The position numbers and the translations under genes are program-made. The notes beneath the pieces were generated by a model, which ran no database searches, was not told where the DNA came from, and saw only the letters and a program-made list of their open reading frames with translations. A DNA stretch of 56,357 bases from Candidatus Nomurabacteria bacterium GW2011_GWA2_40_9 (GTDB lineage Bacteria; Patescibacteriota; Minisyncoccia; Phycocordibacterales; UBA9973), in contig LBZW01000006.1 of assembly GCA_000993955.1 (NCBI GenBank), forward strand, positions 1 to 56,357, written 5' to 3'. Positions 1 through 10,356 of this stretch are shown one piece after another (positions within the stretch are counted from its first letter, which is position 1; each line of letters starts with the position of its first letter).

Positions 1-666
1 GGAAAACTTTTCTTTTTTAACTACCCGAATAACCCCACATCTGCCACAGCTTCACTCTCTTTCTTTGAAGAAGTTACCAACTGGGCTAAAAAACAAGAAA
101 CTCTTCTCTGTCACGATGCTGCTTATAGTGAAATTTATTTTGGTAAAGATCCTAGTCCCAGCATTTTACAAATTCCGGAGGCCAAAGATATTTCTATTGA
201 ATTTCATTCTCTTTCTAAAACCTTTAATATGACAGGCTGGAGAGTCGGTTTTGCCGTTGGCAATGCAAAACTCATTGAAGCCCTTGGAAAAATAAAAACC
301 AATGTAGATTCAGGCCAATTCTTGGCCATTCAACATGCTGCGTCCATTGCTCTTCAAAAAGGAGATTTTTTTATTCAAGAACAACAGTCGACCTTTTTAA
401 AACGCCGAAATCTTCTGGTATCTGGACTACATTCTATAGGGCTTGAAGTTTTCCCCTCAGATAGTACTTTTTATGTCTGGACCAAAGTGCCCAATCCATA
501 CAGTTCCATTGAATTTAGTACCACTCTTCTTAATAAACTGGGCATCGTTACTACCCCTGGAGTGGGGTTTGGAGATGCAGGTGAAGGTTATATTCGCTTT
601 TCTCTCACTGTCCCAGAAGAACAAACATTAAAAGCACTGAACAAACTAAAACACTTCTCTTTATGA
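1..666 (+). CDS. dapL: LL-diaminopimelate aminotransferase-like class I/II PLP aminotransferase (5' partial)
   Basis: Frame 1 is open from base 1: NYPNNPT, HDAAYSE, EFHSLSKTFNMTGWRVGFAVGN, TPGVGFGDAGEGYIRFSL. Confidence 0.8.
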   Translation, partial: GKLFFFNYPNNPTSATASLSFFEEVTNWAKKQETLLCHDAAYSEIYFGKDPSPSILQIPEAKDISIEFHSLSKTFNMTGWRVGFAVGNAKLIEALGKIKTNVDSGQFLAIQHAASIALQKGDFFIQEQQSTFLKRRNLLVSGLHSIGLEVFPSDSTFYVWTKVPNPYSSIEFSTTLLNKLGIVTTPGVGFGDAGEGYIRFSLTVPEEQTLKALNKLKHFSL

Positions 667-2795
667 TAAATTCAAATCGAATTAATATTGCTGTCATTGG
701 CGCTGGAAAGATGGTTCAGGGAGTACATCTCCCCCTGATTAAAAAGCTAAAAGATCTTGGATATTATAATCTGTCTCTTATCTGTGATATCAATTGCAGC
801 TTGGCTAAACAAAGTGCTTACCATTATAAATTTAATAATTTTACCGCTAATGCAGAAAATGTTTTTTCCGATGATAAGATCAATGCTGTTTATATTTTTG
901 GGACAACAGAGATGCATTATGAATACTCTCTAAAAGCTTTATCTGCCGGAAAACATGTCTTCATAGAAAAACCGCCAGCCCCAACATGGAAAAGATGTTT
1001 AGAAATTGAAAAGTTAGCCCAAAAGAATAATTTAACGTGCGTAGTAGGTTTTAATAGAAGATTTCAATCAAATATTCAACTGGCAAAGAATACATTAAGC
1101 AAAATATCAAAAATTCAAAGTATGGAAGCAGTATATCATCAGGCAGTTTTAGACATTGATATCCCCTATCATGCAACCAGCTGGCTCCAAGCGGCAGGGA
1201 TTCATGCTCTTGATTCTTTATGTTATTTTATGGATGATCTCCCATCAGAAATATTCTCCATATGCGATCCCATTAATTATCAGAAATCTCAGAATTTTTC
1301 TACAGTATTAAAATGGCCTAGTGGGGCACACGCAACACTGACAATGAACAATACTTCAGGCACTAGACAAGAACGATATTTTATCCATGGATTAGCAGCA
1401 TCTTTTTTATGTGATGGAATTAGCTTATCAAGATATATAAATAATTCTGTCCAATTAAAAAAATTTCCTTATACATATCTTAATAGAGGTTACGAGGGTG
1501 AACATCTGGAGTTTATTTCTGCTATTCGTAATAAGTATAAGCCTATCCATGACATTCATCATGGAGTCACAGCACTACATTTAGTCGAGCTTATAGAAAC
1601 TGGTTTCACTGGAAAAATATCTTGGAACTCAATTTTTCAGAATCACAATATAGATAGCCCAAAAGAAATACAATCCAACCATCCCCAATTAATCCACTCA
1701 AAGAAAGATGGGATTTTAATTTTAAATTCTAATATGATTAAGAATCAACTATTAAAAATAGAAAAAAAATATGACTTATTTTTTTATGAACGCTATAACT
1801 TCCTGTCCCAGGATGAAAAAAATAGAATCATAGCTCTTATTACAGGTTATGGAGGACAACCTATGGAAACTCACCTCTTAAATGAGCTTGTATCATTAAA
1901 GGTCGTAGGAATAGTTGGCGCATCCGTAAAAGCTTATCATCCAGAATTACTTTTGAAAAAAAATATCCCGATTATAAATGTTCCAGAAGCTATAGCGGAA
2001 GCTGTAGCAGAATTTGCTCTCATGATGGCCATCTTAGGCATTACCGGAGCCTTAACGGCTCATGAAAATATGAGAAAAGGACGTTGGAATCATTCCGGCA
2101 TCTACTCAGATATAATCCAATGGATAAAAAAAATTATTAAAACAACTCCCTTAGCCGATATTATCAAACCTTGGTATATACGATTAAATGAGAGAAAATA
2201 TAGCTCAAGAAATCTTAGTATTACATCAGGACCTAGAAATCTCCAGGGAGCCTCTATTGGATTAATCGGCTATGGTGCCTGCTCTAGAAAATTTATTGAC
2301 CTACTAAAAGTATTTAATTGTAAAATTAGAATATTCTCAGATCATCTTTCTTCTGACGAAGCATCTCAACTAGGGCTTGAAAAAACTGAGCTAGCAAAGG
2401 TTTTATCATCTCAAATTGTTTCTATCCATAGAGGCTTTACTGATAAAACAGAGCGAAGCATTGGAGAAATAGAATTGAATATTTTAAAACCAGGAACAGT
2501 TTTAATCAATACGGCACGCGGTGGAATAATAGATACAAAAGCCTTAATTAAGCGCCTTAAAAAAGGAGATATTTTTGCATGCTTGGATGTATTTGAACTA
2601 GAACCATTAGACAGAAAAAATATTCTTAGAAAATTACCCAATGTATTTTTAACCCCTCATCTCGCAGGTGCCTCTCCTTGGAGCCAAGAAAATGCTGTAC
2701 AAACTCTCGTTAAAAAAGTCCTTTCATTTCTTGAAGAAGAAAAATTAGATTACCCACCCATTCAATCGGAAGAACGATTAAAAACAATGACATAA
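663..2795 (+). CDS. Gfo/Idh/MocA oxidoreductase fused to a D-isomer-specific 2-hydroxyacid dehydrogenase
   Basis: N-half has AVIGAG, GKHVFIEKP, VGFNRRF; C-half has AVAEFA, GLIGYG, LINTARGGIID, LDVFELEP, LTPHLAG. Confidence 0.85.
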   Translation: MINSNRINIAVIGAGKMVQGVHLPLIKKLKDLGYYNLSLICDINCSLAKQSAYHYKFNNFTANAENVFSDDKINAVYIFGTTEMHYEYSLKALSAGKHVFIEKPPAPTWKRCLEIEKLAQKNNLTCVVGFNRRFQSNIQLAKNTLSKISKIQSMEAVYHQAVLDIDIPYHATSWLQAAGIHALDSLCYFMDDLPSEIFSICDPINYQKSQNFSTVLKWPSGAHATLTMNNTSGTRQERYFIHGLAASFLCDGISLSRYINNSVQLKKFPYTYLNRGYEGEHLEFISAIRNKYKPIHDIHHGVTALHLVELIETGFTGKISWNSIFQNHNIDSPKEIQSNHPQLIHSKKDGILILNSNMIKNQLLKIEKKYDLFFYERYNFLSQDEKNRIIALITGYGGQPMETHLLNELVSLKVVGIVGASVKAYHPELLLKKNIPIINVPEAIAEAVAEFALMMAILGITGALTAHENMRKGRWNHSGIYSDIIQWIKKIIKTTPLADIIKPWYIRLNERKYSSRNLSITSGPRNLQGASIGLIGYGACSRKFIDLLKVFNCKIRIFSDHLSSDEASQLGLEKTELAKVLSSQIVSIHRGFTDKTERSIGEIELNILKPGTVLINTARGGIIDTKALIKRLKKGDIFACLDVFELEPLDRKNILRKLPNVFLTPHLAGASPWSQENAVQTLVKKVLSFLEEEKLDYPPIQSEERLKTMT

Positions 2796-2857
2796 TCTCT
2801 TTGAACGAACTGTCATTATAGAATTCTGAACATGCCCCTCATTAGAAAGATGGAAAA

Positions 2858-3616
2858 TTGAAAAAGCTGAGTCGAAAAAGAAAATATAATTGGAAGCCTG
2901 ATCTGCCCGACCAAAGAGATTTTTCATTTTCATTAAAAGTGGCTGCTCCGGTAAGCATCCCCACACAGATCGATCTCAGAAAAAAGTGTTCTCCTATTGA
3001 AGACCAAGGACAAATCGGCAGTTGTACAGGAAATGCCTTGGCTGGCCTTATTGAATATCTAGATCTCTATCCGGACGGAACATTTGAAGATGTCAGTCGA
3101 CTATTTATTTATTATAATGAACGGTTATTAGAAAATACAACCAATGAAGATTCAGGAGCATCGCTCAGAGATGGGATCAAAGCTTTAGCCACTTGGGGAG
3201 TGTGTCGAGAAACACTTTGGCCTTACTCACCAAAAAATGTTTTCAATAAACCCACAAAAAAAGTTTACCTAGAAGCAAAAGAACACTGCATTTCTACCTA
3301 TTTCCGCCTAAATTCTCTCAATGAACTTAAACAATGCCTTGCCCTGAAGTTTCCTTTTGTCTTTGGATTTGCCGTTTATGAATCTTTTGAAACAATTCAA
3401 GTAGCTAGAACAGGAATCATGCCCATGCCCAAAAAAAGCGAGCGGATGATTGGAGGGCATGCCGTCATGGCGGTAGGCTATGATGACAATAAAAAACGGG
3501 TTCTCGTACGCAATAGCTGGGGCAAAAACTGGGGACAAAAAGGCTATTTTTGGATGCCCTATGAGTATATTGAAAGTAGAAATTTGGCCCTTGATTTTTG
3601 GACCATTCGAAAATAG
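2858..3616 (+). CDS. C1 (papain-like) cysteine peptidase
   Basis: DQGQIGSC, SRLFIYYNER, GGHAV, VRNSWGKNWGQKGYFWMPY; TTG start. Confidence 0.92.
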   Translation: MKKLSRKRKYNWKPDLPDQRDFSFSLKVAAPVSIPTQIDLRKKCSPIEDQGQIGSCTGNALAGLIEYLDLYPDGTFEDVSRLFIYYNERLLENTTNEDSGASLRDGIKALATWGVCRETLWPYSPKNVFNKPTKKVYLEAKEHCISTYFRLNSLNELKQCLALKFPFVFGFAVYESFETIQVARTGIMPMPKKSERMIGGHAVMAVGYDDNKKRVLVRNSWGKNWGQKGYFWMPYEYIESRNLALDFWTIRK

Positions 3617-3677
3617 ATAAAACACGATTTTTGGGGTATGTAATCCCAATTTATCGGATATATTGGTATTAGGAATA

Positions 3678-4127
3678 ATGAAATCTAAGAAACACATTGC
3701 CTATATTGGCATAGGATCTAACCTCGGAGGTAGATTAAAAAACTGCAAAAATGCTGTTCAAAAAATTAATCAGCACCCTGAAATTTTTGTTATAAAAACA
3801 TCTTCTTGGATTGAGACAGAGCCTATTGGCTACACAGATCAACCTAAATTCATGAATGGCGCTATTGAAATAAAAACTAGTCTCACACCACAGAAACTCT
3901 TAAAAACACTTCAACAGATTGAAAAAGGCATGGGCCGAAAAAAAACGTTTAAATGGGGGCCTAGAATTATTGATCTTGATATTTTGCTTTATGATAATCA
4001 AGTTATTCAAACTTCAAAACTTACCATTCCCCATTCACATCTTAAAGAAAGAGAGTTTGTTAAAATCCCTCTTTTAGAAATTAATTCTAATTTAAATTTT
4101 ATCTTTGACATATCGAGCAATAGCTAG
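3678..4127 (+). CDS. folK: 2-amino-4-hydroxy-6-hydroxymethyldihydropteridine diphosphokinase
   Basis: YIGIGSNLG, ETEP, KWGPRIIDLDIL, IPH..LKEREFV; ATG at 3678 follows AGGA. Confidence 0.95.
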   Translation: MKSKKHIAYIGIGSNLGGRLKNCKNAVQKINQHPEIFVIKTSSWIETEPIGYTDQPKFMNGAIEIKTSLTPQKLLKTLQQIEKGMGRKKTFKWGPRIIDLDILLYDNQVIQTSKLTIPHSHLKEREFVKIPLLEINSNLNFIFDISSNS

Positions 4128-5165
4128 CGAAGCAGTCAGCCCAGGACTTTCAATGCCAACTAAATTAAAAAATTGAGGCGGATCTTCTGAAATAACAAAA
4201 TCTTTTTCTTCCTTTTCATCAAAGGCTCTTAATTTTGGGCGAATACCACAGGTTTCATAACTCAGCATATCTGATTTTAATCCATCCAATAACTGAGATG
4301 CTGATTCATAAAACTTCATGAGCTTTTCTGGCTTAGATCCAAAGTTTTCTTTAGAATCACTCGGTTCACAATCGGGACCTAAAAAATAATTACCCTCCAT
4401 ATTCATCGTTAAATGTACCCCCAAACCACTCGCAGTGGGCTGACGCACAGGATACACAAGTTGATCTATCTTATAAGGAAGTTTTACTTTAAAATAATCT
4501 CCACGCCAGGGATAAATTGTATATTTATGAATTCCAGCCATTTTGGCAATTTCATCTGCATATAATCCTGCTGAATTAATCACAATATCGCATGGGATAT
4601 CTCCCCTTGTGGTATGAATAGTATATCCTTCTTTATACGTAATCCCTTGAACTTCACAATCAAAATGAAATTGAGCAGATTTTTTCATAGCCTCAACATA
4701 CAAACTCCGACAAAAAGCAGGCACATCCACAATCCCACTTTCAGAAGAATATAAAGCTTTCACACCTTTAATATAAGGACTTATGCTTTGTATTTCTAGT
4801 TTTGATAAAAATTTTAAATAATTTTCTTTTACTCCACTTTTCAAAGCGTTTTGATATAGATTTTCAAGCCAAATTTCATCTTCTGACTTAGCTGCAACAA
4901 CCAATTTTCCAGTTTTTTTATGCGGGATAGATTTTTGTGTGCACCACTGATATAAAAGCTCTCTACCCTCTTGGCATAGTGTAGATTTTAATGAGTAAGG
5001 TGGATAGTAAAGCCCCGCATGTATCACACCGCTATTGCGACTCGTCACTCCTTCTCCAAAAGAACTATTTTTTTCAATAATATGAATATCTGTATTTTCA
5101 TTAGCAATTTCTTGCGCAATGGCACAACCAACAACTCCTGCTCCAATAATAACAATTGTTGTCAT
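4092..5165 (-). CDS. FAD-dependent oxidoreductase, L-2-hydroxyglutarate oxidase (LhgO)-like
   Basis: IIGAGVVG, TSRNSGVIHAGLYY, GLGVHLT, GIRPKL, GIESPGLTASLAIA. Confidence 0.88.
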   Translation of the reverse strand: MTTIVIIGAGVVGCAIAQEIANENTDIHIIEKNSSFGEGVTSRNSGVIHAGLYYPPYSLKSTLCQEGRELLYQWCTQKSIPHKKTGKLVVAAKSEDEIWLENLYQNALKSGVKENYLKFLSKLEIQSISPYIKGVKALYSSESGIVDVPAFCRSLYVEAMKKSAQFHFDCEVQGITYKEGYTIHTTRGDIPCDIVINSAGLYADEIAKMAGIHKYTIYPWRGDYFKVKLPYKIDQLVYPVRQPTASGLGVHLTMNMEGNYFLGPDCEPSDSKENFGSKPEKLMKFYESASQLLDGLKSDMLSYETCGIRPKLRAFDEKEEKDFVISEDPPQFFNLVGIESPGLTASLAIARYVKDKI

Positions 5166-5173
5166 AATTAATT

Positions 5174-6199
5174 CTATACTTTATCGTTAACACTAACATT
5201 GCCATACTTATTTGGATGGTCTCTAAAATCATGAAAACGACCTTCATTCAAAGCCGTAAGGATTTCATAGATACCATTCTCTACAGAATACATAGGTTCA
5301 AAAGAAAGACAGTCTAATATTTTTTGAAAGGACACACAGTAATTTCTTTGATCAATGATTTTTTGAGTATATTCTATATCAACATCTGTATACGGCAATT
5401 GAGCAATAATTTTATCAATAATCATCTGTTTATTGTAATTATTACCACCAACGTTAAAAATCTCAAAATAAATTTTATGAGAGGGCGCACTTAAAATTTT
5501 TAAAATAGCCAAAGAAAGATCTTTTACATGGCAATAAGGTCTCCAAGTTTGAGCATCAAAAACTGAAAGTTTTTCTTTAAAAAAGAGCGCCCTTGTAAAA
5601 TCGTTGATCGTTAAATCAAATCGCATTCTTGAAGAGAGACCAAATGCTGTACTGAAGCGCACAATGGTTGCACAATAATCTACCTTATTTTTTAAAGCCA
5701 AAATATTTTGTTCAACAGATACCTTAGCTCTTGCATAATCAGAGAGCGGATTTAAAGGGAAATCCTCGTCTGCTAGAATACCTTCTTTCATGATCCCATA
5801 ATTTGAACAGGTTGAGGCAAAAACAACTCTTTCAAGCTGTTTTCCATGAAAGAATTGAATTAAATGAAGCATCCCAACCTCATTTAATGCCTTTGCTATT
5901 GTGGGATATCTTTTGCAGATAGGATCCCCTACCAAACCAGCAAGGATGATAACATCTGTCACTCCCAATAACGCACGATTTAAGATGATATCATTTCTAA
6001 AATCTTCATTAATAAATTGAAAGCGCTGATAGGCCTTCAAGCTCTTCACTTCTGGAGTTTGCTGGTAAAGCAAATTATCCAAAACACAGACGGTTGCTCC
6101 ACTTTCTAAAAGCAGAGGGGTTAGCACTGAACCTATATAACCCATCCCACCTATCACTAAAATTTTCTTTGACTTCATACTACTTACAGATTCCTCCAT
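5174..6199 (-). CDS. NAD-dependent nucleotide-sugar epimerase/dehydratase
   Basis: GGMGYIG, LAGLVGDP, STCSNYG, YARAK, RMRFDLTIN, WRPYCHV. Confidence 0.9.
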   Translation of the reverse strand: MEESVSSMKSKKILVIGGMGYIGSVLTPLLLESGATVCVLDNLLYQQTPEVKSLKAYQRFQFINEDFRNDIILNRALLGVTDVIILAGLVGDPICKRYPTIAKALNEVGMLHLIQFFHGKQLERVVFASTCSNYGIMKEGILADEDFPLNPLSDYARAKVSVEQNILALKNKVDYCATIVRFSTAFGLSSRMRFDLTINDFTRALFFKEKLSVFDAQTWRPYCHVKDLSLAILKILSAPSHKIYFEIFNVGGNNYNKQMIIDKIIAQLPYTDVDIEYTQKIIDQRNYCVSFQKILDCLSFEPMYSVENGIYEILTALNEGRFHDFRDHPNKYGNVSVNDKV

Positions 6200-6239
6200 T
6201 CTTGCTTTAAGCTATAAGTCAGTATATATATCTAAGCGA

Positions 6240-7328
6240 ATGACTGATAAAAAACAAATCGAAAAATTGTGTATTGGGCCAGACGAAACACTTCTAAATA
6301 CAATGAAAAAACTAAGCGCCAACAGTGAAAAAATTCTCTTTGTGATTAATCAAAGTAAGCAACTCATCGGCTCTATTACGGATGGCGACATTCGTCGTGC
6401 TCTTATTCGAGGATCAAATTATGACATCAAAGCAGTTAAAGTAATGTACCCTAAACCCAGATATATATTATTTGATGATGTTCACAAAAATCAAATAGCT
6501 AAACAACTTTTTCTAGATGAAAAATTTCCAGCCATTCCCATTTTAAATCATCAAAGACAGATAGAAACCATCTTATATTGGTATGATCTTTTTAAGGGTA
6601 ATCCAATAAATAAATATCCCCGCGCAACGTATTCTCATCCGATTGTGATTATGGCTGGGGGCAAAGGAGTTCGCCTAAATCCATTTACTAAAATTTTACC
6701 AAAACCTCTATTACCTGTTCAAGGTGTTCCCATTCTTAAAAAAATAATGGATAAGTTTTATCAAGAAGGCTTTACAAAATTCATCGTCATTCTCAACTAC
6801 AAAAAAGATTTAATTAAAATGTATCTAAAGGAAAATAAATTTCCTTATGAAATTGCGTGCATAGAAGAAAGTGCTTACCAAGGTACATGCGGAGGTTTAA
6901 AAAAAACAATCCCTTTCATTGACCAATCTTTTATAGTTACCAACTGCGACGTCCTCTTAAATAATTATACGGGAGATATTTTGGATTGGCACAAGAATCA
7001 AAATGCAGACATCACCTTAGTAGCCTCCACAAAAGAAATGATTATTCCTTATGGAGTACTCGAATCCAAGAATGGACAATTTAAAGGCATTCGCGAGAAA
7101 CCAAAATTTACAATGCTGATTAATTCAGGTGTTTATGTATTTAAACCTAATGTTCTTGATTTAATCGGAGAAAAAGAATTTTTAAATATGAATACCTTTC
7201 TAGAAAGGTGTGTAAAGAATAAAAAAAATATTGCCATTTTCCCCCTATATGAAGAATGGTTCGATTTTGGTCAATGGAGAACCTACAAAGAAAGTTTGTG
7301 CCAACTCAAGAATGTATCAAAAACATAA
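6240..7328 (+). CDS. CBS-domain sugar-1-phosphate nucleotidyltransferase (PtmE-like, legionaminic acid pathway)
   Basis: CBS motif GSITDGDIRRAL; MAGGKGVRLNPFT..LPKPL; VTNCD; INSGVY. Confidence 0.88.
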   Translation: MTDKKQIEKLCIGPDETLLNTMKKLSANSEKILFVINQSKQLIGSITDGDIRRALIRGSNYDIKAVKVMYPKPRYILFDDVHKNQIAKQLFLDEKFPAIPILNHQRQIETILYWYDLFKGNPINKYPRATYSHPIVIMAGGKGVRLNPFTKILPKPLLPVQGVPILKKIMDKFYQEGFTKFIVILNYKKDLIKMYLKENKFPYEIACIEESAYQGTCGGLKKTIPFIDQSFIVTNCDVLLNNYTGDILDWHKNQNADITLVASTKEMIIPYGVLESKNGQFKGIREKPKFTMLINSGVYVFKPNVLDLIGEKEFLNMNTFLERCVKNKKNIAIFPLYEEWFDFGQWRTYKESLCQLKNVSKT

Positions 7329-8037
7329 AATATTAGGTTTTATTGGCGCCAGAGGTGGGTCAAAAGGGATTCAGGATAAAAACATTGCTCCATTTTGTGA
7401 CAAACCTCTCATCGCTTGGACCATGGAAGCAGCACGCAATTCAAAGTACTTAGATCGAACCATTGTTTCAACAGATTCTCCAAAAATATTTGAGATCGCA
7501 AAAAAGTTTGGAGCAGATGTACCTTTTTTACGTCCATCACGTCTTGCAAAAGATCACACTCCTGTTCAGCCTGCCATCTCTCACGCTTTGGAATGGATTA
7601 AAAAAAATGATATGGAAATTTATGATATTGTTGTTCTTTTACAACCCACATCGCCCCTACGAACACATATACACATTGATCACGCTTTAGAATTTTATTT
7701 TAAGAATAGAAAATCTCTGAGAGACACACTGGTTTCTGTAATTAGAGCACCCCAGAAAATGGGATGGCTCTTAAAAGAAACCTCTTTGGGATATGTAAAA
7801 GACTGTTTTGATATTTTGAAAACAAATCAAAGACAATCTTTATCCAATTTTTATTATTCCAATGGCGCTATTTTTATAACCCCCATTTATTCACATAAAC
7901 ACATTCAATTTTATACAAATCGAACACTACCTTATGTAATGCCGCCTGAGGTTTCAATAGATATTGATACCGATAAAGATTTTAAAATAGCAAAAAACTC
8001 TATGGTACGCCTATTAAATTCGAAGAAACACTTTTGA
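7312..8037 (+). CDS. neuA: Acylneuraminate (nonulosonate) cytidylyltransferase
   Basis: ARGGSKGIQDKN, VSTDS, VPFLRP, LQPTSPLR, NGAIF, SIDIDT; ATG at 7312 preferred over the ORF-track start. Confidence 0.92.
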   Translation: MYQKHKILGFIGARGGSKGIQDKNIAPFCDKPLIAWTMEAARNSKYLDRTIVSTDSPKIFEIAKKFGADVPFLRPSRLAKDHTPVQPAISHALEWIKKNDMEIYDIVVLLQPTSPLRTHIHIDHALEFYFKNRKSLRDTLVSVIRAPQKMGWLLKETSLGYVKDCFDILKTNQRQSLSNFYYSNGAIFITPIYSHKHIQFYTNRTLPYVMPPEVSIDIDTDKDFKIAKNSMVRLLNSKKHF

Positions 8038-9199
8038 TATCATAAAATTTTTTAAATAAAATATGATCCAAAGAAATATTTTCTAAAATTTTACACATTT
8101 TTTTGGAAGTATCCTTTATTTCATACAAAGACTGCGTATACTTCAATTGAGATTGAAAATCACTTGATAAAGCTTTTTGGATGGCACTAACAATAGCAGT
8201 CTCATTTTCCTTACAATCAATAATGGATCTGGCCTTTAACCTTCCTTCTTGTCTTTTTCCAATATTTACTGTTGGCTTTTTTAAAACAGGAGCTTCGATA
8301 ATGCCACTGGATGAGTTACCAATAAGAACATCACTGTTTTTTAAAACACTGCCGTACAACGATTGGCCCAATGAGGTAAAGAACATACATCTATCTGAAT
8401 GATTTCGAATATAGCGATGAATACTTTCTTCAATGATCTCACTCCTTGGATCACTATTATGTTGCGTAAATATAATGTGTGCATCTGGGAAATGATTCAA
8501 AGCCCGCAACAATTGAAATATTCCTTTTCTTTCTTTCTTATCTTCCAGAGTCAGAGGATGATACGTCACCAAAAATAGTGGGGAACGAAGCTGAAGGCCC
8601 AACTTACATTCCACTTCCTGACGACTCAATAAAGGAGACTTTTTATAAGATTCTAAACCTGGAGCACCCACCAAAAAAACAAAATTTGGCGACTCGCCCA
8701 ATTGAATGACTCGATGTCTGTACGCTTCAGCTGCTACAAAATGGATATGAGACATCTTAGTCAGCGCATGTCGAATCGCTTCATCTATAACACCTTGAGT
8801 AATTTCTCCCCCATGAATATGTGCGATTGGGATATTAGCCATCATTGCCGCCTGTGCAGCAATAAAAATTTCATATCGATCACCAAGAAGCAAAAGAATA
8901 TCTGATTTCAATGAATGAAATACTTTAGCAAATTGAATCAACCCTTTTCCCATAGACTGTGTTCTAGAAAGAGGCGAATCATCACTAAGTTGCAAATCAA
9001 CTTTTTTCAAAATTTTAAAACCATCCTTTAAGATCTCTTTATACGTCTCCCCATAGTTTTTGCTAATGTGCTGGCCCGTAGCAATGAGTTGCAAATGTAA
9101 TTTTTGACTTTTCTGAATTTCCTTCAATATCCAAAATAAATGCCCATAATCAGACCGATTTCCTGTAACAACTGTAATATTACGTTTCTTCAGGATCAT
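8000..9199 (-). CDS. neuC: Hydrolysing NDP-GlcNAc/bacillosamine 2-epimerase (NeuC/LegG)
   Basis: VTGNRSDYG, LLGDRYE, AHIHGGE, DEAIRHALTKMSH, IGNSSSGIIEAP, NIGKRQEGR. Confidence 0.93.
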   Translation of the reverse strand: MILKKRNITVVTGNRSDYGHLFWILKEIQKSQKLHLQLIATGQHISKNYGETYKEILKDGFKILKKVDLQLSDDSPLSRTQSMGKGLIQFAKVFHSLKSDILLLLGDRYEIFIAAQAAMMANIPIAHIHGGEITQGVIDEAIRHALTKMSHIHFVAAEAYRHRVIQLGESPNFVFLVGAPGLESYKKSPLLSRQEVECKLGLQLRSPLFLVTYHPLTLEDKKERKGIFQLLRALNHFPDAHIIFTQHNSDPRSEIIEESIHRYIRNHSDRCMFFTSLGQSLYGSVLKNSDVLIGNSSSGIIEAPVLKKPTVNIGKRQEGRLKARSIIDCKENETAIVSAIQKALSSDFQSQLKYTQSLYEIKDTSKKMCKILENISLDHILFKKFYDIKSVSSNLIGVP

Positions 9200-10335
9200 G
9201 AAAGACTACTTGGTAATGTAATTAATTGATTACACAGAGCTTTTGCCTGAGATAGATCCATTGTGAATAATCCTTGATACATTGGAAGTTCTGGCAAAAG
9301 TTTCCATACGTGCTGTACTTGCCAAGGCGTTGATTGAAAATGTTCTATAATTTTTTCTTTTTCATTTGGAAAATCTAGAGAAATTTTAATGGCATTCAAC
9401 CAATAATTGCTGTGAGCATGCAAAGGCTCACTCACAAAAGTAATCCCCTTAATATGCATAAAACTTTCTTTATACTTTTGTGCTAAATTTCTTTTCAGCT
9501 TTAATGTTTCAGAGATATTTTCAAGTTGTGCATATCCCAAAGCCGCATTCACATTAGGCATTCGATAATTGTACCCAATCGTATCATAATAATAAGGATG
9601 TTCATGAGCCACTTTACCTGTATTAGATACATGCCTGATTTTCATGGCTAATTTCTCATTATTTGTCAATACAGCTCCACCGCCACCTGTTGTAATAATT
9701 TTATTTCCATTAAAACTTATGATGGTTGCCAAACCCGCATGCCCTACATGATTAGACTTATAGATAGATCCCAAAGCACCGGCTGCATCTTCAATAAGTT
9801 TAATATGAAATTGATCACAGATGTCACGTAATGAATCTAAATCTACTGGATGCCCAAAAACATGAACAGCAATTAAGGCTTTTATCGGCCGCTGTGTTCT
9901 CTTATTGATGCATACTCCTTTTCGAATGTCCGCTATTTCTGAAAGCCAAGACGAAAGCTTTCGAGGATCAACTCCCAAGGTGTCCATATCACTATCCACA
10001 AAATGTGGAATCGCACCACAATAGGTTACGGCATTTGCCGTTGCCACAAATGTGAATGCTGGCATTAATACTTCATCTCCCGGTTGAATATCAGAGAACT
10101 TTAAGACCAAGTGTAATGCAGACGTCCCATTGACCACAGCAATTACATGAGAAATGCCTGTAAAATCTGCTAACTTATTTTCAAATTTTGAAACATAGCT
10201 TCCTGCCGAAGACACCCACCTGGTATCTAAGCACTCTTTGACATACTTCCAAGCATTACTCTGAAATATCGGCTCATGTAATTTAGCCCCATTCGGAAAA
10301 ATTTCTTCTACTATTTTTGAAATATTCTCGATCAT
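9196..10335 (-). CDS. legC: LegC-family DegT/DnrJ aminotransferase
   Basis: LHEP, WVSSAG, NGTSALH, TFVATANA, EDAAGALGS, SFNGNKIITTGGGG, GYNYRMPNVNAALG. Confidence 0.9.
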   Translation of the reverse strand: MIENISKIVEEIFPNGAKLHEPIFQSNAWKYVKECLDTRWVSSAGSYVSKFENKLADFTGISHVIAVVNGTSALHLVLKFSDIQPGDEVLMPAFTFVATANAVTYCGAIPHFVDSDMDTLGVDPRKLSSWLSEIADIRKGVCINKRTQRPIKALIAVHVFGHPVDLDSLRDICDQFHIKLIEDAAGALGSIYKSNHVGHAGLATIISFNGNKIITTGGGGAVLTNNEKLAMKIRHVSNTGKVAHEHPYYYDTIGYNYRMPNVNAALGYAQLENISETLKLKRNLAQKYKESFMHIKGITFVSEPLHAHSNYWLNAIKISLDFPNEKEKIIEHFQSTPWQVQHVWKLLPELPMYQGLFTMDLSQAKALCNQLITLPSSLS

Positions 10336-10356
10336 AGACTTCTAAAGGTTAATCCA

